This document shows positions 27,575 through 36,140 of a stretch of DNA of 36,260 nucleotides, in pieces. How positions within the stretch are numbered: the stretch's first letter is position 1; each line of letters begins with the position of its first letter. The translations under genes and the position numbers were made by a program. This DNA is from an uncultured Clostridia bacterium (GTDB lineage: Bacteria; Aerophobota; Aerophobia; Aerophobales; B3-G15). The stretch spans positions 1-36,260 of the forward strand of contig CAYZYX010000018.1 in assembly GCA_964482715.1 (NCBI GenBank). Direction: 5' to 3'. The notes beneath the pieces are model-generated. The model had not been told where the DNA came from, did no database searches, and worked only from the letters and a program-made list of their open reading frames with translations.

Positions 27575-29209
27575 ATGATTATCACCAAGCAAAAACCTTT
27601 GCAAGAGATTGAGAGTTTTCTTTCAAAATATGAGGCAATTTTTATCTGTGGATGTAGTGAATGCGCTACTCTTTGTAAAACTGGTGGCGAAGATGAAGTT
27701 AAACTCTTAAAGGAAAAATTGGAAAAAAAGGGAAAAACAGTAACTGGCTGGGTGATTCTTGATCCTGCCTGTCACAAATTAAACAACAGAAAATTTTTTC
27801 GAGAACACAAATCAGAGATTGAAAGAAGTGACGCAGTATTGGTAATGGCCTGTGGAAATGGAACCCAAACCGTAGCTGAGGATGTGGACATACCTGTTTA
27901 TCCGGGATGTGATAGTCTCTTTCTGGGTGAAATTGTGCGATTTGGAGTTTTTGAAGAAAGATGCCAACTTTGTGGCAACTGTCTTCTTGATGTAACTGAT
28001 GGAATTTGTCCCGTTACGAGGTGCTCAAAGAGCCTGCTCAATGGACCCTGTGGTGGTTCAAAAGATGGAAAGTGCGAGATAAATCCAGAGATAGAATGTG
28101 GCTGGCAGATGATCATTGACAGACTAAAAGAAAAGGGAAGGCTAAATGAGCTGGCTCGGATAATTCCACCGAGAGATTGGTCAACTTCCAGAGATGGGGG
28201 ACCAAGAAAAATTCAAATAAGAAATTTAACACAGGAATTTTCGGAAAGTAAATTTCAGGCTTCTCGGAAACTGGAGGTAAAAGAAGCCAGTAAAGTTTTT
28301 TCGGGAAGTAAACTGGAAAAAATCCTGAAAGAGGGAAAGTTTGCGGTAACTGCAGAACTTGGGCCACCCAAGGGAGCCGATTCCAAACCAGTGGTTGAAA
28401 AGGCAAAACTTCTCAAGGGATTTGCTGATGCGATTAATATAACTGATAACCAGACAGGCATTGTTCGAATGTCCAGTATAGCCTGTGCAGCCATCTTACT
28501 GAAAATGGGTATTGAACCTGTTGTTCAGCTAACCTGTCGGGATCGAAACCGTTTAGCTTTGCAAAGTGATGTTTTGGGTGCGGCAGCTCTTGGAGTTAAG
28601 AATTTTCTCTGTCTCTCAGGGGATCACCAAAAATTTGGCAATCACCCTCAAGCCAAGAATGTCTATGATATAGACGCAATTCAGTTAATTTTTGCTTTGC
28701 GCACCATGCGGGATGAAGGAAGATTTTTATCAGGGGACAAACTTTCGACACGTCCTTCTATTTTTATTGGAGCTGTGGAAAACCCTTATGCTGACCCTTT
28801 TGAGTTTAGAGCTATAAGATTGCAAAAAAAAATTATGGCTGGCTGTGATTTTATTCAGACTCAGGCAGTATTTGACGTTCCTAAGTTTGAAAAGTGGATG
28901 CAGATCCTTGCCAGTGAAGGATTGTCGGAAAAGGTATACATTCTGGCAGGTGTTATTCCTATAAAATCAGCGGGTATGGCTCGATATATGAGAGATTATG
29001 TTTCTGGGGTAAGTGTTCCTGATGAAATTGTCACACGAATGGAAGATGCAAAAAATCCCAAAGAGGAAGGAGTGAAAATTTGTGTGGAAATTATTGAGAG
29101 GCTAAAAAATATAAGAAATCTGAGAGGAATACATATTATGGCTGTGGCCTGGGAAGAGATTGTTCCCGAGATTGTTCAAAGAGCAGGACTTTTACCACGA
29201 CCAGATTAA
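27575..29209 (+). CDS. metF: Fused MetV-MetF methylenetetrahydrofolate reductase
   Basis: N-half Cys-rich MetV (GCSECATLC, CQLCGNC, CPVTRCSKSLLNGPCGG); C-half MetF (AELGPPKG, NITDN, TCRDRN, LSGD, QTQ), all in one frame. Confidence 0.9.
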   Translation: MIITKQKPLQEIESFLSKYEAIFICGCSECATLCKTGGEDEVKLLKEKLEKKGKTVTGWVILDPACHKLNNRKFFREHKSEIERSDAVLVMACGNGTQTVAEDVDIPVYPGCDSLFLGEIVRFGVFEERCQLCGNCLLDVTDGICPVTRCSKSLLNGPCGGSKDGKCEINPEIECGWQMIIDRLKEKGRLNELARIIPPRDWSTSRDGGPRKIQIRNLTQEFSESKFQASRKLEVKEASKVFSGSKLEKILKEGKFAVTAELGPPKGADSKPVVEKAKLLKGFADAINITDNQTGIVRMSSIACAAILLKMGIEPVVQLTCRDRNRLALQSDVLGAAALGVKNFLCLSGDHQKFGNHPQAKNVYDIDAIQLIFALRTMRDEGRFLSGDKLSTRPSIFIGAVENPYADPFEFRAIRLQKKIMAGCDFIQTQAVFDVPKFEKWMQILASEGLSEKVYILAGVIPIKSAGMARYMRDYVSGVSVPDEIVTRMEDAKNPKEEGVKICVEIIERLKNIRNLRGIHIMAVAWEEIVPEIVQRAGLLPRPD

Positions 29210-29224
29210 CAGGAGGAGGAAAAA

Positions 29225-29629
29225 ATGGAAAAAAAGGCAAAAATTTTAATTGCCGATGATGACCCAGACGTTCGTGAAGCTCTAAAGATAATACTGGAGG
29301 GAACCTCCCGGGAGCTTCTTTTTGCCAGCAATGGCGAAGAAGTCATACGACTTCTCGAGGAAAACATACCTGATTTAATTGTTTTAGATCTTTTGATGCC
29401 AAAAAAAGACGGATTTGAAGTAATAAAGGAGTTAAAGGCAGATCCTCGATTTTCCAAGATCCCGATTTTGATTTTAACTTCAGTAAAAAAGGAAGCCAGT
29501 GAAAGAAGATACGAACTTGAAACCGGCTTAGCTCTTGATGTAGATGATTATGTGGAAAAACCAATCAATCCACAGGATTTTGTTCATAGAATTGAAAAAA
29601 TTTTAAGTAGAGTTAAAGCTACTTCATAA
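29225..29629 (+). CDS. Single-domain response regulator receiver
   Basis: ADDD, LIVLDLLMP, LT, EKP. Confidence 0.9.
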   Translation: MEKKAKILIADDDPDVREALKIILEGTSRELLFASNGEEVIRLLEENIPDLIVLDLLMPKKDGFEVIKELKADPRFSKIPILILTSVKKEASERRYELETGLALDVDDYVEKPINPQDFVHRIEKILSRVKATS

Positions 29630-29647
29630 AAGGAGGAAATTTTAAAA

Positions 29648-30040
29648 ATGACGTCAAAAAAGAAGATACTTTTGGTGGATGATGATAAAGATTTTGTTGA
29701 AGTAACGAGGCTATTTCTGGAAAAGAACAATTTTGAAGTGGAAATAGCTACCAGTGGAAGAGAGTGTCTTGATAAGCTGAAAAGTTTCAGTCCGGACCTT
29801 TTAATTTTAGACATAATGATGCCCGAGAAGAGCGGATTTGAAGTCTGCAAAGAACTTAAGAGTAGTCTTGAGTATAGCAAAATTCCTGTCTTAATGCTTA
29901 CTGCACTTAAACAAAAACTGGGCAAGACCTCCTACTCAGTAGCCCAGGGCCTGGAGCTTGAGGCCGAAGACTATCTCGATAAGCCTGTAAAACCAGATGA
30001 ACTTATCTCCAGAATAAACTCTCTTTTAAAAAAGGAATGA
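29648..30040 (+). CDS. Single-domain response regulator receiver
   Basis: VDDD, LILDIMMP, LT, DKP. Confidence 0.9.
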   Translation: MTSKKKILLVDDDKDFVEVTRLFLEKNNFEVEIATSGRECLDKLKSFSPDLLILDIMMPEKSGFEVCKELKSSLEYSKIPVLMLTALKQKLGKTSYSVAQGLELEAEDYLDKPVKPDELISRINSLLKKE

Positions 30041-30426
30041 CCATGTATCCACCGGATCTGAAGTACCTTGATTCTCATCAATGGATCAGGGTTGAAGGGG
30101 AAATAGGAACCGTGGGTATCACCAGTTTCGGTCAGGAAAAAATGGGTGAGGTTGTTTATGTTGAACTTCCAGAAAAAGGTAAGAAGGTGAAGCAAAAAGA
30201 GTATTTTTCTATTATAGAATCAGCTAAAGCAGCCTTTGATGTACCCTCACCGGTGAGTGGTGAAATAATTGAAATTAATGAAAAGTTAGAAGACGACCCC
30301 TCCCTGGTTAATCGAGATCCTTATGGAGAAGGCTGGCTGGTTAAGATAAAGCTGTCAGATCTTTCGGAGGTTGAGAGTCTTTTGACTTCGGAACAGTACC
30401 AGAAGCTTATAGAAAAGGAGAAATAA
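30037..30426 (+). CDS. gcvH: Glycine cleavage system H protein (lipoyl carrier)
   Basis: HQW, VGIT, IESAKAA lipoyl-Lys motif, SPVSG, NRDPYGEGW. Confidence 0.95.
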   Translation: MTMYPPDLKYLDSHQWIRVEGEIGTVGITSFGQEKMGEVVYVELPEKGKKVKQKEYFSIIESAKAAFDVPSPVSGEIIEINEKLEDDPSLVNRDPYGEGWLVKIKLSDLSEVESLLTSEQYQKLIEKEK

Positions 30427-30507
30427 AATTTTTGGGGAAGAAAGGAGGTGTTGGAAGTAAGGACTAAGGCATAAGAGAGGGGAATTTGACAGTAAAGGAG
30501 GATAGTC

Positions 30508-31740
30508 ATGAGAAAAAGTATAGTAATTTTTCTCACCTTTTTATTGTTGCTGGTCTTAGTTTTTCCAGTAGGAGGCCAGGAGACAATAAAAGTTGGTGCT
30601 CTTTTTTCCTTGACCGGTGCCCTTGCTCCTTATGGACTCCCTATCGTTAACGGAGCAAAGCTGGCAGTGATGCAAATAAATGAGGCAGGCGGGGTATTGG
30701 GAAAGAAATTAGAACTGGTTATCAGAGACACCGCTACTGCTCCTGCAGTAGGAAGAGATGCGGCAAGTAAATTAATAGACCTTGATAAGGTTGTAGCCAT
30801 TATTGGAGCACTTTCCAGTGGTGTAACCGTTGCCTCCTCCAGTATAACCATTCCTGCTGGGGTGATCTTAATTTCACCTGCTTCCACTTCCCCCATGTTA
30901 ACAGATCTTGAAGACAATGATTTTGTTTTCAGAACCTGCCTTTCTGATGCTCTTCAAGGTGTGGTTCAAGCACAACTTGCGCTTAATCTTGGTTACAAGA
31001 CTGCTTCTGTTATCTACGTGAATAATCCTTACGGTAAAGGGTTAGCCCAGGTTTTTAAGACAAGATATGAAGCGGGTGGTGGTAAAGTGGTAGCTATGAT
31101 CTCCTATGAAGAAGGTAAACCCTCTTACAGGGGTGAAGTGGAAAGTGCAATTACAAAAAACCCGGATGTCATTAATCTTATTGGTTATCCTGTGGATGGA
31201 AATAAGATGCTGGTTGAAGCAGTAGAGGCAGGTTATCAGGGAGACTTTTTGTTCTCTGACGGGATGAAAGGAGAAGCTGTGGCTGCAGGTCCGGCGGCAG
31301 AATATATTGAGGGAACTTTTGGTACAGCTCCCGGTGCTCTGGAAGTTGCAGTGGCTGAAGATTTTGAAAAAGATTACATCGCTGCTTTTGGTGCTTCCAC
31401 AGTACCCTTCAGACAACAATGCTACGATGCCCTTGCTTTAATTGCTCTGGCGATACAAAAAACTGGTCCCTCTTTTCTAAATATGTCTCAAAAGGAGCGG
31501 GCCAGAGCAATAAGAGATAACTTAAGAGACGTTGCCAATCCGCCTGGAGAACCTGTTACCTACAATGAGTTTTCTCGCGCCTTTGATCTTTTAAGTAAGG
31601 GTGTGGATATAAACTATCAGGGAGTTTCTGGTCCAATTACTTTTGATAAGCACGGGGACGTAATTGAAGGAGCCATTGAAATCTGGCAGAACTTTGAAGG
31701 GAGAGCAAGAACAATTTGGGTAGTGGAAGTGGGAAGGTAA
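30508..31740 (+). CDS. Branched-chain amino acid-type ABC substrate-binding protein (LivK-like)
   Basis: Signal peptide; IKVGALFSLTG, INEAGGVLG, ISPASTSP, YGKG, YDA. Confidence 0.85.
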   Translation: MRKSIVIFLTFLLLLVLVFPVGGQETIKVGALFSLTGALAPYGLPIVNGAKLAVMQINEAGGVLGKKLELVIRDTATAPAVGRDAASKLIDLDKVVAIIGALSSGVTVASSSITIPAGVILISPASTSPMLTDLEDNDFVFRTCLSDALQGVVQAQLALNLGYKTASVIYVNNPYGKGLAQVFKTRYEAGGGKVVAMISYEEGKPSYRGEVESAITKNPDVINLIGYPVDGNKMLVEAVEAGYQGDFLFSDGMKGEAVAAGPAAEYIEGTFGTAPGALEVAVAEDFEKDYIAAFGASTVPFRQQCYDALALIALAIQKTGPSFLNMSQKERARAIRDNLRDVANPPGEPVTYNEFSRAFDLLSKGVDINYQGVSGPITFDKHGDVIEGAIEIWQNFEGRARTIWVVEVGR

Positions 31741-31751
31741 AAATATTTCAA

Positions 31752-31788
31752 AAAAAGAGAGGAGTGAATTTTTTACTCCTCTCTTTTT
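31752..31788. terminator. Bidirectional intrinsic terminator between convergent liv genes
   Basis: AAAAAGAGAGGAGT-N9-ACTCCTCTCTTTTT, perfect 14-bp stem with a T-tract on each strand. Confidence 0.8.
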
Positions 31789-32804
31789 AATATGAGAGAA
31801 ACAATTTTTTCCTCACCCAGGATTCCTCGTGGTCGCAAAAGCAAGATAAATTCCAGCAGGATTCCCACGCATATTACACGGAGACTGGCTGCTCTCACTC
31901 CTGAAAGTCCCCAGTGACCGGTCAGAAATTCTGTTCCTGCCCATAATCCCCAGATAAGAAAAGCCCCTAATATCGCTCCCCGGTTATTACCGCTTCCTCC
32001 GGTAATCAGCATAACCCAGATTAAAAAAGTGCCGAAAAAAGGTTCAAAACTACTTGCATCTATAAAACGGGCGTAGTGGGCATATAAACTTCCAGCCATT
32101 CCCATGATCATTGCACCAATGATAAAAGATTGCATTTTAAACCAGAAAACATCCTTTCCATATGTACTGGCAGCCAGTTCATCTTCTCTTATTGCTCTTA
32201 GTACCCTTCCCCAGGGAGACCTTATCATTCTTTCACTTATAAGATAAATAAGGATCAGAATTAAAATAACAAGTCCCAGATAAAACCAGTTATAACTTTT
32301 TGCTATCAAACTCTGAAACCAGGAGGGAAGCTGGGGATTTAGCTCCAGAAATTTTCTTACCAGTTTATCAATAGGGACATAAAGAGGGGAGGGGATATGC
32401 TTTATTCCCCACACTGAGTTAGTGAGCCAGCTTTCATTTTTAAGCACAAGCCTTATGACTTCAGCAATACCGATGGTAGCAATGGCAAGATAATCTTCTC
32501 TAAGTTTCAATGTTGGAAATCCAATAAGAAAAGCAATTAAACCGCTTACGCCCGCGGCACTTAAGAACCCAACTATCCAGGGAAGTTGAAATCCTCCCAC
32601 TATTCTCCAATCCATAGGGCCAGGAGGTGGGCCAGAGATCAGGGTAGAGGTATAAGCACCGATGGCGTAGAATCCAGCAATACCAATATTAAAAAGTCCG
32701 GTGTAGCCCCACTGGATGTTCAGTCCGAGAGACAAAATGGCAAATATCCCTGCTGTTATGGCAAAAAACACCATATAGTTTAAAGTTCCTATAACAGCAT
32801 CCAT
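31773..32804 (-). CDS. livM: Branched-chain amino acid ABC permease LivM
   Basis: GLNIQWGYTGLFNIG, LREDYLAIAT, SPWGRVLRAIREDE. Confidence 0.9.
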   Translation of the reverse strand: MDAVIGTLNYMVFFAITAGIFAILSLGLNIQWGYTGLFNIGIAGFYAIGAYTSTLISGPPPGPMDWRIVGGFQLPWIVGFLSAAGVSGLIAFLIGFPTLKLREDYLAIATIGIAEVIRLVLKNESWLTNSVWGIKHIPSPLYVPIDKLVRKFLELNPQLPSWFQSLIAKSYNWFYLGLVILILILIYLISERMIRSPWGRVLRAIREDELAASTYGKDVFWFKMQSFIIGAMIMGMAGSLYAHYARFIDASSFEPFFGTFLIWVMLITGGSGNNRGAILGAFLIWGLWAGTEFLTGHWGLSGVRAASLRVICVGILLEFILLLRPRGILGEEKIVSLILKREE

Positions 32805-32807
32805 TTT

Positions 32808-33728
32808 TTATTTCTCTCCCAAAAGACCTGTTGGTTTAAAAAGTAACATTATAACCATTATAATAAAAGCTACAGCTGGCTTATAGGAAGTGGGTATGAA
32901 AGCTGTGGAGATTTCACCTGAAAGACCAATTATCATCCCGCCCAGCATGGCTCCATAGGGACTGCCTATTCCCCCCAGAATAACCGCAGCAAATATGGGA
33001 AGTAACATGTTCCATCCAAAATTTGGGGTTATAAACTTATCCTCAATTCCAGCCAGAGTTCCACCAGCCGCAGCCAAAGCTGCACCAATTGCCCAGGTCC
33101 AGTTGATAACACTTTCGGTGTTTATACCTGAAACACGAGCAAGTTGCATATTGTCTGCTGTTGCACGCATCGCCTTTCCCATCCGGGTGTTTTTGAGAAA
33201 AAAGTGTAAAAATATGACCAGTGAACTTGCGACTATTATAATAAATATTTGATCAGGTTTTATTTTTATTCCTAAGCTGGGAAAAGAAAGGGCAATTTGG
33301 ATTTTTTTTATGTAGTAGCGGGGTTGGGGTCCCCATATAAACTGAAGAGTGTTTCGGAGAACAAAAGCTACCCCAACAGAAGCTATAAGTAGTGTAATAC
33401 GTCCGGTAGTGCGCAGTCTTTTGTAGAGTATTTTGTCAATGGCAACAGCAATAGTGGCATTTGAAAACATACCTAATATGAAAGCAAGCAAGAGAGGTAG
33501 TCCGAAGGAGAGAGAGAAAAAAGGCTGGGAAGGGATATTGAACATTTGAAATAGAGATAAAAATGTTAGAGTTAAAAAAGCACCCGTTGCCATTACATCG
33601 CCATGGGCAAAGTTGGCAAATTTGAGGATACCGTAGGTGAGAGACAGTCCTATTGCTCCCAGAGTAATTATACTTCCAGAAATAAGGCCATATAAGACTA
33701 ACTGAGGGATTCTTGAAAGAATATCCAT
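32808..33728 (-). CDS. livH: Branched-chain amino acid ABC permease LivH
   Basis: GLSLTYGILKFANFAHG, GKAMRA, AVILGGIG. Confidence 0.9.
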   Translation of the reverse strand: MDILSRIPQLVLYGLISGSIITLGAIGLSLTYGILKFANFAHGDVMATGAFLTLTFLSLFQMFNIPSQPFFSLSFGLPLLLAFILGMFSNATIAVAIDKILYKRLRTTGRITLLIASVGVAFVLRNTLQFIWGPQPRYYIKKIQIALSFPSLGIKIKPDQIFIIIVASSLVIFLHFFLKNTRMGKAMRATADNMQLARVSGINTESVINWTWAIGAALAAAGGTLAGIEDKFITPNFGWNMLLPIFAAVILGGIGSPYGAMLGGMIIGLSGEISTAFIPTSYKPAVAFIIMVIMLLFKPTGLLGEK

Positions 33729-33751
33729 TTTATTTTTGGTTCAGGAAGAAA

Positions 33752-34456
33752 TTATTCTCCCAGATATAGTTTCCCGATTTCCTCATTATTTAGTATATTC
33801 TGAGCCATATCTTCAAATCGATTCCGGCCCATTACCAAAACATAACCCCGATGGGATATTCCCAGAGCTTTTCTGGCATTCTGTTCTACCATAAGAATGG
33901 AAATACCATTCTGATTTATCTGGAGAATTTTACGAAAGATGATTTGCACAAGACGAGGGGCTAATCCTGCTGAAGGTTCGTCTAAGAGGAGAAGTTCCGG
34001 CTCCATCATTAAAGCTCTGCCTATTGCTACCATCTGCCGCTGTCCACCACTTAATTTCTTGGCTTTTACCTTCCTTTTTTCTTTCAAATCTGGAAAGAGC
34101 TGAAAAACCTGGTTCATTTTATTCTTATACTCATTTTTTTTGATGAAAGAACCCATTTCCAGATTTTCTTCTACGGTGAGAGAAGGAAAGATATTATCTA
34201 CCTGGGGAACATAACATATTCCCTCTCTAACTATTTCATCAGGATATTTTCCTGTGATGTCTCTACCCTTAAAGAAAACCTTTCCCGCCGTGGGCCTCAA
34301 AATGCCTAAGATTGCCTTCATCAGTGTTGACTTTCCAGCACCGTTGGGACCTATGATGCATACAATTTCTCCTTTTTCCACACGGCAAGATACCCCGTGT
34401 AGAATTTCGGTTTCCCCGTATCCACATTTAAGCTCTACAACTTCCAGTGTGGCCAT
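33752..34456 (-). CDS. livF: Branched-chain amino acid ABC ATPase LivF
   Basis: GPNGAGKST, LSGGQRQM, DEPSAGLAP, VEQN; ATG 34456 preferred. Confidence 0.9.
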   Translation of the reverse strand: MATLEVVELKCGYGETEILHGVSCRVEKGEIVCIIGPNGAGKSTLMKAILGILRPTAGKVFFKGRDITGKYPDEIVREGICYVPQVDNIFPSLTVEENLEMGSFIKKNEYKNKMNQVFQLFPDLKEKRKVKAKKLSGGQRQMVAIGRALMMEPELLLLDEPSAGLAPRLVQIIFRKILQINQNGISILMVEQNARKALGISHRGYVLVMGRNRFEDMAQNILNNEEIGKLYLGE

Positions 34457-34460
34457 GATG

Positions 34461-35210
34461 TTATGCTCCAAGATAAGCTTCAAGAACCCTTTTATCCTTT
34501 TTAATTTCCTGAGGGGTCCCCTCAGTCATTTTTCGACCTTTGTTCATAACAATAACCCGATCACAGAGATATGTTACCAGATCCATATCGTGTTCAATAA
34601 GAAAAAAGGTTATTCCCTCTTCTCGGAGTTTTTCTATGCTCCTTACCAATTTTTTCATTAGAGTTGGATTTACTCCAGCTCCAGGTTCATCAAGCAGGAT
34701 AACACGAGGATCTGACATCAGGATTTTTGCTAACTCTAAGAGTTTTTTTTGTCCTGAAGATAGATTTTTTGCATATTCGTCTTTCAGATGTGCAAGTTCC
34801 AGAAATTCCAGGATTCTTAAAGCCTTATCCCTGTTTTCCCTTTCTTGGACTTTCACAATTTTTGGTCTAAATAAACTGTTAAAGATATTTTCCCCTTTCT
34901 GTTTTTGAGGAATAAGCATCAGATTTTCCAGGACGGTCATTTCCTTGAATTCTCGCGGGATCTGAAATGTTCTGGAAATAGCTCGACGAGCAATTTCATG
35001 AGAGGGAAGTCCATCAATTCTGTCTCCCAAAAACCAGATCTCTCCACCATCTGGCTTATAAAGTCCACTTATAAGATTAAAAACAGTAGTCTTGCCAGCT
35101 CCATTTGGCCCAATAAGACCGGTAATGGAGCGTTCTTCAACTCGAAGGGAACATTTGTCTACCGCTTTTACCCCACCAAAGCGTTTTTCTAAATCTTTAA
35201 CCTCCAGCAT
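34461..35210 (-). CDS. livG: Branched-chain amino acid ABC ATPase LivG
   Basis: GPNGAGKTT, RTFQ, DEPGAG, IEHDM, EAYLG. Confidence 0.9.
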   Translation of the reverse strand: MLEVKDLEKRFGGVKAVDKCSLRVEERSITGLIGPNGAGKTTVFNLISGLYKPDGGEIWFLGDRIDGLPSHEIARRAISRTFQIPREFKEMTVLENLMLIPQKQKGENIFNSLFRPKIVKVQERENRDKALRILEFLELAHLKDEYAKNLSSGQKKLLELAKILMSDPRVILLDEPGAGVNPTLMKKLVRSIEKLREEGITFFLIEHDMDLVTYLCDRVIVMNKGRKMTEGTPQEIKKDKRVLEAYLGA

Positions 35211-35265
35211 TTGTTTAACTTTATCGAGTCAGTTTTTTGTTTATTGCTTACCTGGTCAATAAAGA

Positions 35266-35293
35266 AAGATAACTTAAAAAACAGGAAAGTCAA
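35266..35293 (-). promoter_or_regulatory. Possible livG operon promoter
   Basis: Minus strand TTGACT-N16-TATCTT. Confidence 0.4.
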
Positions 35294-35310
35294 CCCCTTC
35301 ACTTTTCTTT

Positions 35311-36045
35311 TTAACTATTTTGGAGAAGCTCTTTTAATTTCAAAGCATTAAAAACGGCAAAGGCATTATAATCATTGTTAAAATAAACATATACTTTCTC
35401 CACACCTTTGTCAAAAAAGGCGTTTATTTTTCTTGCCCATTCTACAAGTTCGGTATCAGAATAAGAGGATCCGTAAAGAACCTGTTTTCCATGAAAGCGA
35501 ATATAAGAGATTTTTGAGGTTATCTCAACCAGTTCAGGGAAATCAGGCATACTTACCACACAATAGGCTATTTTGTAGCTTTCCAGCAAGGAGAATGTCC
35601 TTGGATCAAGCCAGGATTTATGTCTAAATTCAACAGCCTGGTCTAAATCCCGGGGCAAAATCTCCAGAAATTCTTGTAGAAGGTCAAGGTCTATTTTCAA
35701 CGATGGAGGGAGTTGATAAAGTATTGCTCCTAAGTTTTTTTCCAGAGGTTTAATTCTGGCAAAAAATACCTCGAGGTCCTTTTCTACATTTTTAAGACGC
35801 CGCAGATGAGTTATTCTTCTCCACATCTTAAGTGTAAATTTGAACCTCTGAGGTGCCCGTTTTGCCCAGCTTTTGACCATATTGGGAAAAGGCAGACGAT
35901 AAAAAGAGCTGTTTATCTCGACTGTGTCAAAAAATTTTGCGTAAAAAGCAAACCAGTCCTTTCTATCAAGATGAGAAGGATAAAAAAGCTCTCTCCAGTG
36001 CTCATACCACCAACCCGAAGTACCAATGAAAATTTTCTCTTGCAT
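35311..36045 (-). CDS. DUF72 family protein
   Basis: IGTSGW, FDTVEINSSFY, QLPPS, AVEFRH, YIRFHG, YFNND. Confidence 0.92.
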   Translation of the reverse strand: MQEKIFIGTSGWWYEHWRELFYPSHLDRKDWFAFYAKFFDTVEINSSFYRLPFPNMVKSWAKRAPQRFKFTLKMWRRITHLRRLKNVEKDLEVFFARIKPLEKNLGAILYQLPPSLKIDLDLLQEFLEILPRDLDQAVEFRHKSWLDPRTFSLLESYKIAYCVVSMPDFPELVEITSKISYIRFHGKQVLYGSSYSDTELVEWARKINAFFDKGVEKVYVYFNNDYNAFAVFNALKLKELLQNS

Positions 36046-36084
36046 AATTACATGTCCAGAATTTAGAAAGTTACTTTAGTGAAA

Positions 36085-36112
36085 ATTCTATCAAAAAAGT
36101 TAGATTTGTTAA
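36085..36112 (-). promoter_or_regulatory. Possible DUF72 promoter
   Basis: Minus strand TTAACA-N16-TAGAAT with extended TG. Confidence 0.45.
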
Positions 36113-36140
36113 GTTTGGTAAATTATCTCAGAGAAAAAGC

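Noticed and set aside
30448-30474. 8-codon mini-ORF next to AAGGAGG upstream of the LivK-like gene
   Set aside because: SD overlaps or abuts the start codon and there are no regulatory codon runs.
1415-36066. Numerous 60-170 aa ORFs antisense or out of frame within called genes
   Set aside because: Shadow ORFs of well-supported CDSs with no motifs or independent signals.
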